A DNA stretch of 64,000 nucleotides from Octopus vulgaris (Eukaryota): NCBI GenBank assembly GCA_951406725.2, contig OX597814.1:39370001-39434000 (forward strand). The letters are read 5' to 3'. The notes below the pieces were generated by a model, which was not told where the DNA came from, searched no databases, and saw only the letters and a program-made list of their open reading frames with translations. Below are positions 1 through 11,002 of the stretch, piece after piece (position 1 is the first letter of the stretch; each line of letters opens with the position of its first letter). Made by a program: the position numbers and the translations under genes.

Positions 1-16
1 CGTGGGGGCTGTCCCC

Positions 17-150
17 ATGCATACATACATGCAAACATGCATACATGCACAAATACATACATATATACATACATGCATGCATGCATACATACATACATAC
101 ACACATACATACATACATACATACATACATACATGCATACATACATACAT
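17..150. repeat. (CATA)n microsatellite
   Basis: Direct tetranucleotide repeat; explains ORF 37..258. Confidence 0.95.
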
Positions 151-639
151 GATAGAAGTCGATTCGTGTCCGAGATGACCATCAAACCCATTTCACTCTT
201 AAGAAGTATTTCGAATTTTGTTTCCCCATCGTTAATAGCGTTTCATTTGTCTCCTTAGGCCTGCAAGGGATTTACAAGACATCTACATTGACCGTCTGAA
301 TGTTGGGACTTATTATAATAAGGGGTGAGTTCTCTTCCGATCCAGGCACTCTTTTACACAAAGTGCACGTATGCTCATGCTATCACATCAGCAAATGTAT
401 ATATGATGATTGCTCCATTTTCACAGACGATTGTCGTCTCTCTGAGTTTTCTTGTTGTCAATGCCATATTCCACACTAAGTCTATGATCTCTCAAAGGTG
501 TATTCACTCCCGCTGCTGATCTGTATGACTTGAAACATAAGTCACATACGAAACCTGTAATTTCCACCGGATTGATCGGATCACATTATAAAATCTGAGC
601 CACCGTGTGTCTCTTCACTCCCGAAATCACTTTGCATGA

Positions 640-1305
640 CTTTTCACATTCTATTACACGATGATTCACCTGGTTTTGGAGAAAGGACGTTGCATACACT
701 TGATCTTTCACGGATGATTGAATTTCCCAGCTTTCGCAAGAGTACGCAGTCACACGTTTCTCACCACTAACACCTTAGCTTTTCATTGGGGTTCTCATGA
801 AGCACCCTTTGATGCCAGTACTTTAGGTTTTCGTGCATTAGGTGACCCTTTTCAAAAGTTTTACAAGTTTCACTTATACGCTTCCTCCACTTTTCAATGT
901 TAGTTCTCGGTTCTTTACATGGATTTGCAGTTCCTTTAAGTTGACTTTTATGCAATTTTTGTAATCTTTTCGCGGTGGGTACTCAAGACGCTTTCCAGTG
1001 CACAATGCTTATCCATCGTGCTTTTGTAAGGACTTCTGTGCCATTTGTTTTACCTTGCCACTTGATGCTGAGTATGTCTCTCTCAAACATTTTTTTGTGA
1101 AAGCGTTCAAGGAACTTGAAATGCTTACGGTATACTCTCCATGTTTCAGAAGAGAACAACAGAGCCATTAGTACACACACCTTCTAAACATTCAGATAGG
1201 TCTTGCTAGTGATGCTCTGAATGTCTCCGATTCACTTTTCAGGACTCTCAAATGCTACTGACAATTTCTGAACGCATGGATTTATTTCAGCATCGCATCT
1301 AGGAA
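640..1305 (-). mobile_element. Degraded RTE-clade LINE, C-terminal (post-RT) region
   Basis: Minus strand reads DAEINPCVQKLSVAFE...KTYLNV*KVCVLMALLFSSETWRVYRKHFKFLERFHKK...ILSIKWQGK..GTEVLTKA, then WRKRISETCKTFEKG. This matches the RTE thumb/C-terminal pattern (LLYxSETW, LERFH, ILxIxWQD). Stops and frameshifts present; left edge uncertain. Confidence 0.8.
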
Positions 1306-1376
1306 GCTATCTATCAAAAATATGCTGGTTCGTCTGGTACAGATGTGAACATTATATATTTCTTTTTTTCTTTTTT

Positions 1377-1453
1377 ACATACATACATACATTCGTAGAT
1401 ACATGCATACTTACATACACACATGCATACATACATACACATATATACATACA

Positions 1454-1487
<34 letters not shown>

Positions 1488-1529
1488 CACACATACACAT
1501 ATATACATACATACATACATACATACACA
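1377..1529. repeat. (CATA)n microsatellite
   Basis: Direct repeat. Confidence 0.95.
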
Positions 1530-1664
1530 TGAGTTTGGTTGCATTTCATTCGCTTAATTTCCCAAAAGTTTCAGTCTTTAAAATTTCGTTTTTTATGTAT
1601 TTTTAGTCTCATAAATATATTCATTTTATGTAATTCGCGTAGAAAACTATAACTGTATAGTGAA

Positions 1665-1984
1665 GGCGCGTGGCTTAGTGGTTAGGGCATTCGACTGACG
1701 ATTGTAAGTTCGTGAGTTCGATTCCCGGCGATGCGTTGTGTCCTTGAGCAAGACACTTTATTTCACGTTGCTCCAGTTCACTCAGCTGGCAAAAATGAGT
1801 TGTACCTGTTTTTCAAAGGGCCGGCCTTGTCACATTCTGTGTCATGCTGAATCTCCCTGAGAATTACGTTAGAGGTACGCGTGTCTGTAGATTGCTCAGT
1901 CACTTGTCCGTTAATTTCACGAGCAAGCTGTTCCGTTGATCGTATCAGCTGGGACCCTCATCGTCGTAACCGACGGAGTGCTCC
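1665..1984 (+). mobile_element. tRNA-derived CORE-type SINE (family A), full length
   Basis: A-box TGGCTTAGTGG, B-box GAGTTCGATTCC, CORE-like GTGTCCTTGAGCAAGACACTTTA; homologous copies at 48079-48342 (-) and 56653-56953 (+). Confidence 0.9.
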
Positions 1985-2359
1985 TATCCTATATCTGCGT
2001 AGAAATTTTTTGAGGAAATTGTATTTGTTGCGTGAAACCTTAAACTATTTCGTCACAGTTGCAATGAAAATGTCTTCTTTGGAGTTACAAATTAGGCATT
2101 TCTCCAAACAAAGCCAGAAAAATAAATAAATAAAAATAAATAAAAATAAATAAAGCAGAAATATATCCATGCATTCATACAAATATTTGTACTTATACGC
2201 TAACCACTGAGTTTGAACAATTACCGTTAGATATATATGAAGATACATAGGTGGAAGGGTATACCATAAGGCAGAATAACAGCTGTTATGCTGATATATA
2301 TCCGGCTACTTAACATCTGTTTTATTCATCAAGTTAACCTAATGTTTAGTATATGTTTC

Positions 2360-3820
2360 AACAATCGATGCAACATCCATAACTACACCGACTACAACTA
2401 TCACCGACACAAACATCACTACTACCACCCCTACCAACAAAGTTGTTGTTACTGCTGCCGTTACTGATACTATTACTACTACTACTATTATCAACACCAA
2501 CACCACCATCACCAGCAGCCCCACCACCACCGCAGACCACACATTACTGCGCAATTTATATTCTCAACTTTTCTAAGTGCTACTCCCATTACGACCACCC
2601 CAAATCTCACTGCAGTCATCAAGATCAAATTATTATTATCAAGATACAATATTAAGAGAAGAGGAAGTGAGAGAGAAAGAGAGAGAGAGTAACACACAAT
2701 GAAATGCCACTCCCATACTTACAAGCATAATAATCACCATCCTCACCACCTTCACTGCTCTCAACAAAGCCACTGACACGTTTACAATTACCATAGCCAC
2801 TAAAACTACTGACAGTAAATATTATTGTACTAAAAACGGTGGTTAATAGCAATGCCCATTACGATATAACACTCAACATCAAGTACTAAGAACAAACCAC
2901 AATTAGCAACACAAGGAATAGCACCAACAAACAAGAAGACAATCACAACACCTGCTTTTCACCAATGCTTATAAACTGTATACCGCGTACATTAGTATTA
3001 ACTCTAACTGTAGTAATATCCCAACATTCCCAGCTATCACTACAAACAACAATATATTCGCACCAACATCAATACCACAATCAACATCCTAAACATCAAC
3101 ACCAAGAGATAAAGCAACAAGAATAATATTACTTCCACCGCCAATAATAAGTTCTGAACAAGACCAGAACCATGGTCAGCGACATCCAACATTAACATCA
3201 CAGTCACCACTCGCAGTCACATAGTAATCAAATGCAAGTAATTTGTCTACAGCGTCAAAATCCTCATCTACACCACCAAAATTATAAACAACAATACTGT
3301 AACACAATACCACAATCTTCAACATCCTAATCACCACTAACGACATTGTCGGGCGAAATGCGTAGCCGTATTTCGTCTGCCGTTACGTTCTGAGTTCAAA
3401 TTCCACCTAGGTCGACTTTGCCTTTCATCCTTTCGGGGTCGATAAATTAAGTACCAGTTACGCACTGGGGTCGATATAATCGACTTAATCCGTTTGTCTG
3501 TCCTTGTTTGTCCTCTCTAGGTTTAGCCGCTTGTGTGTAGTAAAGAAACAAATTATATTCAACACCACAACCAACAATTCTACAACTTGCAAATATTCCA
3601 TAAAGTCACCAACATCACAAACACTATTGACATCAAGAGACACAAATATCAACCTCAGCAACAAAGCAATCACTAACATCATAAATCATAACCCCCCCAA
3701 TGGTAAACAATATCACAATTTCCAACACCAAACTCGCCAACTGCACGATAGTCACACTCCGATCACGACCGACAATATTACAACTACCACCAATGTTATT
3801 ACAGTCACAAGCAGTTGATG
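2360..3820. repeat. Degenerate (CAA/CAC/TAC)n low-complexity tract
   Basis: Strand-asymmetric A/C-rich trinucleotide-derived sequence, interrupted by a SINE. Confidence 0.8.
3348..3555 (+). mobile_element. SINE family B, 5'-truncated, well preserved
   Basis: B-box GAGTTCAAATTCC followed by GGTCGACTTTGCCTTTCATCCTTTCGGGGTCGATAAATTAAGTACCAG; many copies elsewhere in the window. Confidence 0.85.
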
Positions 3821-3861
3821 CTAAAAGAGGTACAAAGCATGACATTTGGGTTGCGTCTTTT

Positions 3862-4290
3862 AGTTGATTAAATCAGCCACAGTACTTTATTTTTCTTTCT
3901 GTTTTGTTCTTTTTTTGGGGTGAGGTAGTTTATTATTCTATCTATCACGTGCCCAAGGCGAATGAAAATCAATTGTGATCTCGTCAGGATTTGAAACCAG
4001 AAAGTAATTGACTGTATATAATTCCGCAATTTATTGTCTCCGACTCTTTAACGATACTGTAAATTCACCATCCTGTATGCAATTACTAATAACTCTCTCT
4101 CATTTTGGCCCAGCTAAAGCAGATTTTAACGGGAGGAGGTCTCATCAATTGCATTATTTGAGTATTGGTTGGTATCTTATTTTATCCGAAGCGATGAAAA
4201 ATAAAGTTGATTTCGATGGGATTTGATCCCAGCGCCGCAGCAAATAGCGTAGCGCATTTTAGCCGAGGCTCGAGCAATTCTGCCCACCCT
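3862..4290 (-). mobile_element. Two tandem diverged SINE family B copies
   Basis: Reverse-complement similarity to family B (GGATTTGAA B-box remnants near 3988 and 4220). Confidence 0.55.
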
Positions 4291-4686
4291 CCATCCTCTA
4301 TCTCAATGATCACCAACAGCACTACAACCACAATTTTCAAATTTCATTACAACCATCCTCAGGCAATCTTCAAACTCCTCAATCATCACATTTAAGTGAC
4401 ACAAAACACAAAGACATGAGCAAGTCCAAAATCACCGCTAAAAACTCCACTTGATGACAATCAACATCACAATCAACACCAATACCACAGCCTCTAAAAT
4501 AGATTACCAACAGCAATGTTAGCGTGGTTTCTGTTGTTCTTGATCGTAATTGTGGTATAGTTACTGTTTACAGTTTGGAGGTAATGATGATAGTTGTGGT
4601 GGTGGTAGTAATTGTTACGGGGTTAACTAGCTATGCCATTAACAATAAAGAATAGCAACAATATATATATATATATATATATATAG

Positions 4687-4849
4687 GGTGCGGGGTTTCA
4701 GAAAAAAAACAACAGATGTATTAGTATAAAGCTCGGGAAGTGAAAAAGTGTTTAACGTTTCGAGCCTACGCTCTTCCACAGAAAGGAACACAGGAAGAAA
4801 CAAGGAAAGAAAATTAAGAATGTGTAGTGGCTAGCGATCTATCGTGGCG

Positions 4850-4850
<1 letters not shown>
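4687..4850 (-). mobile_element. Short (TA)n-embedded element, Penelope pLTR-like, with hammerhead-like core
   Basis: Homologous to 45245-45440 on the opposite strand; minus strand has CTGTGGAA-GAGC-GTAG-GCTC-GAAACGTT; (TA)n on both sides. Confidence 0.65.

Positions 4851-4941
<91 letters not shown>
4851..4941. repeat. (TA)n microsatellite
   Basis: Direct repeat. Confidence 0.95.
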
Positions 4942-4944
<3 letters not shown>

Positions 4945-6207
4945 TGATTAAAATGACCGATCATAGCAATTAAAACACGGATACGCCAATGTGGGATGGC
5001 CGAACTTCAACACGGTTGTCAATCTACTTGTTAAAAATAGCAAACACAGCTCTCTTCAAAAGCGACGTTTACCATAAGAAGTGCGACATATAAGATAACG
5101 TGTCTGTGATAAACTATGCCGTAGTATAGACGAAACAGTTCACACGTTTAATTATACGTATGCTCAATATGGGCTGACCTGGGGCTAAACGGCATTATCA
5201 ATGATCAGAAACAAACATTACTGTTGTTTATTTTTATTTTTATTTATTTATTTTATATATTTCTATTTTCTCTACATCTGATTGGTACTTTATCTACATG
5301 CCTTATTTTCTCATTATCTTTGTTCTTCCTATTCATCTCTTTTCTGCTACTCTTACATTTTTTCTTTCAAATAAATGGTTGCACACTATCACAATCCACT
5401 CACAACAACTTTCTCTCCCTCACTATTATTCTTGCTCTCCAAACTTTTACTATATCTATCGGTTTTTTTCCTCTTCCTTATCTACATTTTACTTCTCTCT
5501 TTCCTGTATTTAAATCACTCTCCTTCATTTTTTTCCCTTTCGCTTACTCTCTCTCTTTTCTATCTCCCCCTCTCTCTTCCAATGTATTTCTATATATCTC
5601 TGATCTCCAAGTTCTTTCGTGTCTTTCACCATCCCACTCACTGTTTAAAGTAGTGTATTTGTGTTTTTGTGTTTGTGTATATCTCTGTGTGGGTCTGCGT
5701 GTATATGTACGTATGTAAAAGAAACACGTATATTGCATTTTGTGCATTTATGTCTAAACACTTACACCCACACATACATACATACATACACAAGAGAAAG
5801 AGAATAATGCCTCTTTGAATCACTCTTAAAACGACACCCACTACTTTGACCTCTTAAGTTTATGAGGGATGGCTCAACGCAGTCATAAGACTAGCTGATA
5901 TAGCACCCAAATCATTCTGAAAATACATCGACGCACCAGGAGCTGTTTAGTAATGCCCGGAACAAAACAACGATAATACATTAATTATCTCAAATGCATT
6001 TTCCTCTTGCCTCCCAATTCCCATGTAGATTCATACTCATACGCACACATCCATACAATATATGTGCGTGTGTACGCGCGCAATTGTGTGTGTGCGCAGA
6101 TGTGTATGTATGTATGTATGTATGTACGTATGTATGTACGTAGGTATGTACGTATGTATGTACGTATGTATGTACGTATCTATGTGTATATATATGCATA
6201 CTATAAA

Positions 6208-6250
<43 letters not shown>

Positions 6251-6419
6251 GTATGGAGACTACTACATTCACAGTATTTATTTTACATAATACCTACATA
6301 ATATATAGTTATATGCATAATAGTCATACAACATAATATTCATTTTATAACTATAAAATAAATATTGCGGATGTACAAGTATTCATACTCCTTATTAGTA
6401 TTAATGTTATTATTACACT

Positions 6420-6910
6420 CTAAGGAACCTTTACATTCCTGAGTAGAACACACGGAATTAACCAATGGAAAATTCACCCCTGACTAACGACTTGTAGGCA
6501 CAAATATTGGTTACTGATGGTTGTGGTTAGCCGGAATCTGGAACCAGGCGAAGAGCTAACACGGTATCCGTCCTGAATAATATATCCCTCCAGACTATCT
6601 AATTCTCATTGTACGAAACTTCAAATCAAATGCGAAAGTTCAAATCACAACAACCCGATATTTGGAGAAACTTCGATTTTTTACAAGTCCTTTCCGCAGT
6701 AACTGCTATCATTGTCGTAATGTATCGTACGCTTTTATTACCGCGTTGATGACATTACAACGAAAGTCTTCCCGTTTAAACACGAGTTCTCCCATCGTAT
6801 GAAGCGCAAGGTCTCCTATCAGATGAACCCATATCGTTATTTCGTTATGTCTTTCTCATAGTGTTTTCTTGACAAAGATACTGGAGTGGTTTCATATTAC
6901 CTTCGCCAAA
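6420..6910 (-). mobile_element. Possible highly degraded RTE 5' UTR / endonuclease start
   Basis: Minus strand GAAGGTAATATGAAACCACTCCAGTATCTTTGTCAAGAAAAC resembles an RTE/BovB 5' UTR motif (recalled, not aligned). Downstream SR*SG..GEFSIG*FRVFYSG resembles the APE-domain 'RW.G.GEF....Y..FYSG' pattern. Confidence 0.4.
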
Positions 6911-7191
6911 CGGATTGTTGCTAGAGCAGAAGGAGCCCATCCATCCTTCGACAGGTTTTCACACACCTTCCTCAAAAGAGTATCAAGCTACTCAAATGGG
7001 GTAGCCGGTTTAGTCATTGACCACTTAACCACAGAATAGGTAGTACTGGCTTATATGGTACCACTAGCAGGCGATCCCTGATCTGACTATAATGTTATTG
7101 TCTTTACCTAAAATTGGTTTTGTAATTATATTCACCTAATAAACACACATGCACGGACGAACAAGCATACACGCACACATGCACATTCATA

Positions 7192-7584
7192 TACTCTTTT
7201 ACTCTTTTTACTTGTTTCAGTCATTTGACTGCGGCCATGCTGGAGCACCGCCTTTAGTCGAGCAAATCGGCCCCGGGACTTATTCTTTGTAAGCCCAGTA
7301 CTTATTCTATCGGTCTCTTTTGCCGAACCGCTAAGTGACGGGGACGTAAACACACCAGCATCGGTTGTCAAGCAATGCTAGGGGAACAAACACAGACACA
7401 CACACTTATATATATATACATATATACGACAGGCTTCTTTCAGTTTCCGTCTACCAAATCCACTCACAAGGCATTGGTCGGCCCGGGGCTATAGCAGAAG
7501 ACACTTGCCCAAGATGCCACGCAGTGGGACTGAACCCAGAACCATGTGGTTGGTTAGCAAGCTACTTACCAAACAGCCACTCCT
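7192..7584 (-). mobile_element. tRNA-derived SINE family C, full length, with internal microsatellite and CR1-like 3' tail
   Basis: Minus strand: TGGCTGTTTGG A-box, GGTTCAGTCCC B-box, CTTGGGCAAGTGTCTT core, internal (TA/TG)n, tail GGCGGTGCTCCAGCATGGCCGCAGTCAAATGACTGAAAC. Second full copy at 34850-35233. Confidence 0.9.
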
Positions 7585-7971
7585 TTTAAAATTTATTTTT
7601 CTTTTTACTCCCATCACGCTATATCATTCTTAAAACTTATCTCTTTCGTTGTTTTCTCGCTTAATCCTTTCGTTTGTTAATATCTTCCCAACTCCAGTAA
7701 CTATTTCATATTTCTTTGTCTATTTGTCTCTCTCGCTCACTTTGTATCTCTCTATGTCTCCATCTTTCTGTATCTCCATCCCTCTTTCTCTCTATCTTTC
7801 CCTCTTTCTTTTACTCTATCCCTCCACTCACTTGCTTCTCTGATTTCTGCCCACTTGCTAGCACACTCTCACACAGGCACACACACACACATACACACAC
7901 TACACAGGTATTTGGACATAAAAAACAAGACCAGAACCCACTTCAATGCAAGCGTACCGCGAAGCAACTGT

Positions 7972-8048
7972 ATTTATCTTTGTCTTTCTGTCTGTCACTC
8001 TATCTATCTATATATCTATCTATCTATATATCTATCTATCTATCTATA

Positions 8049-8080
<32 letters not shown>

Positions 8081-8133
8081 ATTCATCTTTCTTTCTATTT
8101 TTCTATTTGTCTGTCTGTCTGTCCATCCATTTA

Positions 8134-8165
<32 letters not shown>

Positions 8166-8179
8166 TCTATCTAACTATA

Positions 8180-8223
<44 letters not shown>
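7972..8223. repeat. Compound (TATC)n/(TTTC)n/(TGTC)n microsatellite
   Basis: Direct repeats. Confidence 0.9.
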
Positions 8224-8525
8224 ACTTTTTGGCCACACGCTCACTTTCTATCCCCATTCTGCTTTCTTCCAATCTACATTCTCACGTTTCCAACTCCCAA
8301 ATCATACAACATATCGTTATTAATTTGCCACTTTCAATTTCTCAAATCCTTTCTCATATCCTGGCCAAATTTTCTTTCTCATGAGTTTTAATTTCTATCA
8401 TTAATTAATTTAGTCTATTCTTCTTTCGCTCTATCTTCCTTTATATATATTTCCCTGTCTTTTCACACTTTTTACACACACACACACACAAATATATACA
8501 TGCATGTATATATATTGCTTATGCA

Positions 8526-8580
<55 letters not shown>

Positions 8581-8793
8581 TCAAAATATGACCGTGTGTG
8601 TACCGTTGGCGATTTTTCCCTCCGTCTTCCCTTCCTTGGAACTTTCCTTTTCCTATGATTCTGACGAAGAGCTCCGCTCGAAACGTTAAATCATTCTTCT
8701 TTCTTTCCTTTCCTGACCGTCCAATAACACTATACTTTTTCCACGTCCTCGCATTGTTGTGTTTTCTCTTTGTGTTTTCATGTTTAGATTAAC
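8581..8793 (+). mobile_element. Short (TA)n-embedded element, Penelope pLTR-like
   Basis: Flanked by (TA)n on both sides; pyrimidine-rich body; contains a hammerhead motif. Confidence 0.65.
8655..8694 (+). ncRNA. Minimal type-I hammerhead ribozyme motif (Penelope-associated variant)
   Basis: ATGATT-CTGACGA-A-GAGC-TCC-GCTC-GAAACGTTA-AATCAT: 6-bp stem I, CUGANGA box, 4-bp stem II, GAAA box, palindromic AACGTT stem III region. Confidence 0.75.
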
Positions 8794-8930
8794 TATATAT
8801 ATATACATATTAAGGTGCGAAATTGTTATGATTTGGGTCTAATAACAAATGGAGGATGAACATATTCACGCTTTGTGAGTGATTTTTCCATGTTCCTTTT
8901 ATCGTTTTCCCGTGCACTTTTAATTTCTAT

Positions 8931-9042
8931 TAGAAAAAGTGCTAGGCTTACAAAGGATACGTCCTGGGGTCGATTTGTTCGATTAAAGGTGGTGCTCCAG
9001 TATGGCCGCAGTCAAATGACTGAAACAAATAAAAGAATAAAA
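8931..9042 (+). mobile_element. SINE family C 3' fragment
   Basis: Matches the tail of 7192-7584, including CAGTCAAATGACTG. Confidence 0.85.
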
Positions 9043-9062
9043 TCATACATACATATGAATAT

Positions 9063-9135
<73 letters not shown>

Positions 9136-9136
9136 G

Positions 9137-9278
9137 TAACATACAATTGCCAACCAAGTGTGGCGTCCTATACGGGACAGTGCAACTGAAGTTTATAGCT
9201 CAAGGAAGACACGGGGCTATAAATTTCAGTAGCACCGTTCCGTATAGGACACCACACTTAGTTGACAATTATATGCTA
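9137..9278. repeat. Imperfect inverted repeat (~62-bp arms)
   Basis: CATACAATTGCCAACCAAGTGTGG...TTTATAGCTC pairs with GGGCTATAAA...CCACACTTAGTTGACAATTATATG; about 9 mismatches counted by eye. Confidence 0.9.
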
Positions 9279-9351
9279 CGACTTCGTATTGCTACTGTTT
9301 ATATCTCTCTAAGAGATTTAATATAGTACATATGTATGTATATATATTATA

Positions 9352-9408
<57 letters not shown>

Positions 9409-9417
9409 GTGTGCATG

Positions 9418-9540
<123 letters not shown>

Positions 9541-10092
9541 GCAGTACCAAGTGGCTCTCATGGCTCCTGATCTTAACTGATTGGAAGTGTTATCATGTAC
9601 ATTGTTTTGTCTTGGTATAAAAAGATGGGCTATAGCAAATAGTCTGTTCAATACCACAGATTTGATTGTCTGTTGTTTGACCATAACCAGTTGAGCATGT
9701 CCCTTAGTGGCTGACGATATGTGCATCTCTGATCACGAGCAGAAGTAGTGGAGGAACATCATAGCCGTGTTTTGAAAGGAATTCTTGGAGGTTTGGATAA
9801 TTCATGTCTGGAAACATGGGTGTTTCGTTCAACATCCTTAAACAAGCGTTATTCAAGAACCTTTTGAGCGGGATGGGTTACTCTACCGGCAGAAAATTCT
9901 AACTGGGCCCCACTAGCAAGGTCACGTGCTGTTTATCTTGATACGACATCACCATGTTCTCGCGCACATACAGTTGTGATGCATGTGCCTAGTGTACCCT
10001 TATCAGACGGGTAGTCATGAAGGGTATACTGGGCTTCGTATATTTTACCCCAGTGTCATTTTGATGGCATGCACTGCTCTTTCACTCAATAA
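9541..10092 (+). mobile_element. ~550-bp non-coding interspersed element (family E) embedded in (AAT)n
   Basis: Homologous to 28460-28925 (+), 29835-30352 (-) and 32572-33112 (-); ends TGCACTGCTCTTTCACTC-AATAAT. Confidence 0.85.
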
Positions 10093-10307
10093 TAACACTA
10101 ATAATAATAATGAATATAAACGTTATTATTTCTCAATCTCCCGAAATGAGATTTACAATAACAGTTCTTTAAAGTAATGACTATTTGCCAACATAATGTG
10201 GCCGTCCTGGTAGAGACGATTGTTACTGTTATTAATAGTTATGTATGTATGTATGTATGTATGTATGTATGTATGTATGTATGTACGTACGCACGTACGT
10301 GTGTGTG

Positions 10308-10339
<32 letters not shown>

Positions 10340-10848
10340 TGTATGTATGAATGTATGTATGTAAAACGTAACATCAGATAAATATAAACATATATATTAG
10401 TATACAATTGCTGGACGTGGTGGTTCCAAAAGAAATTAAGTTGGCAGGATATTTAGAATATAGAATTGAAAGCAAAATCTTTCAAAGTGTAAAGTTTTAT
10501 ACTAATCCGTGAAACCGACAGGCTCTGGGATCTAAAATTTTGGAAAGTACATTTTCTCGGATTCACTATAATGGAATAGAATTTTGTCACATACACACAC
10601 ATACATACTCACACACATACTCACAGACATATACTCAGGCACATGTACAGGACAGCCATAGTCGAGACAGAATATATCTTTTGTCGGTCTAACGACTTTT
10701 GAATATGTTGTTTCTACTCACTCTCTGACATTAAGCACTTCATTTTAAGTGACCACAATCAACTTTTTTCGAACGGGGCTTTCCCTGGAATAATGCACAA
10801 ATTTATACATAGAAATACACAAACACACTTATTCTCTCTCTCTCTCTC

Positions 10849-10887
<39 letters not shown>

Positions 10888-10894
10888 CACACAG

Positions 10895-10968
<74 letters not shown>

Positions 10969-10969
10969 G

Positions 10970-10999
<30 letters not shown>

Positions 11000-11002
<3 letters not shown>

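Noticed and set aside
1314-1352. Minus-strand peptide MFTSVPDEP resembling the CR1 C-terminal VPDEP
   Set aside because: Only about 6 residues with no flanking similarity; may be chance.
1665-1730. tRNA gene
   Set aside because: A and B boxes are present but run into a SINE body that is repeated elsewhere; no complete acceptor stem.
1637-2005. GCGTAGAAA direct repeat as a SINE target-site duplication
   Set aside because: It is offset 12-20 bp from both element ends and is short.
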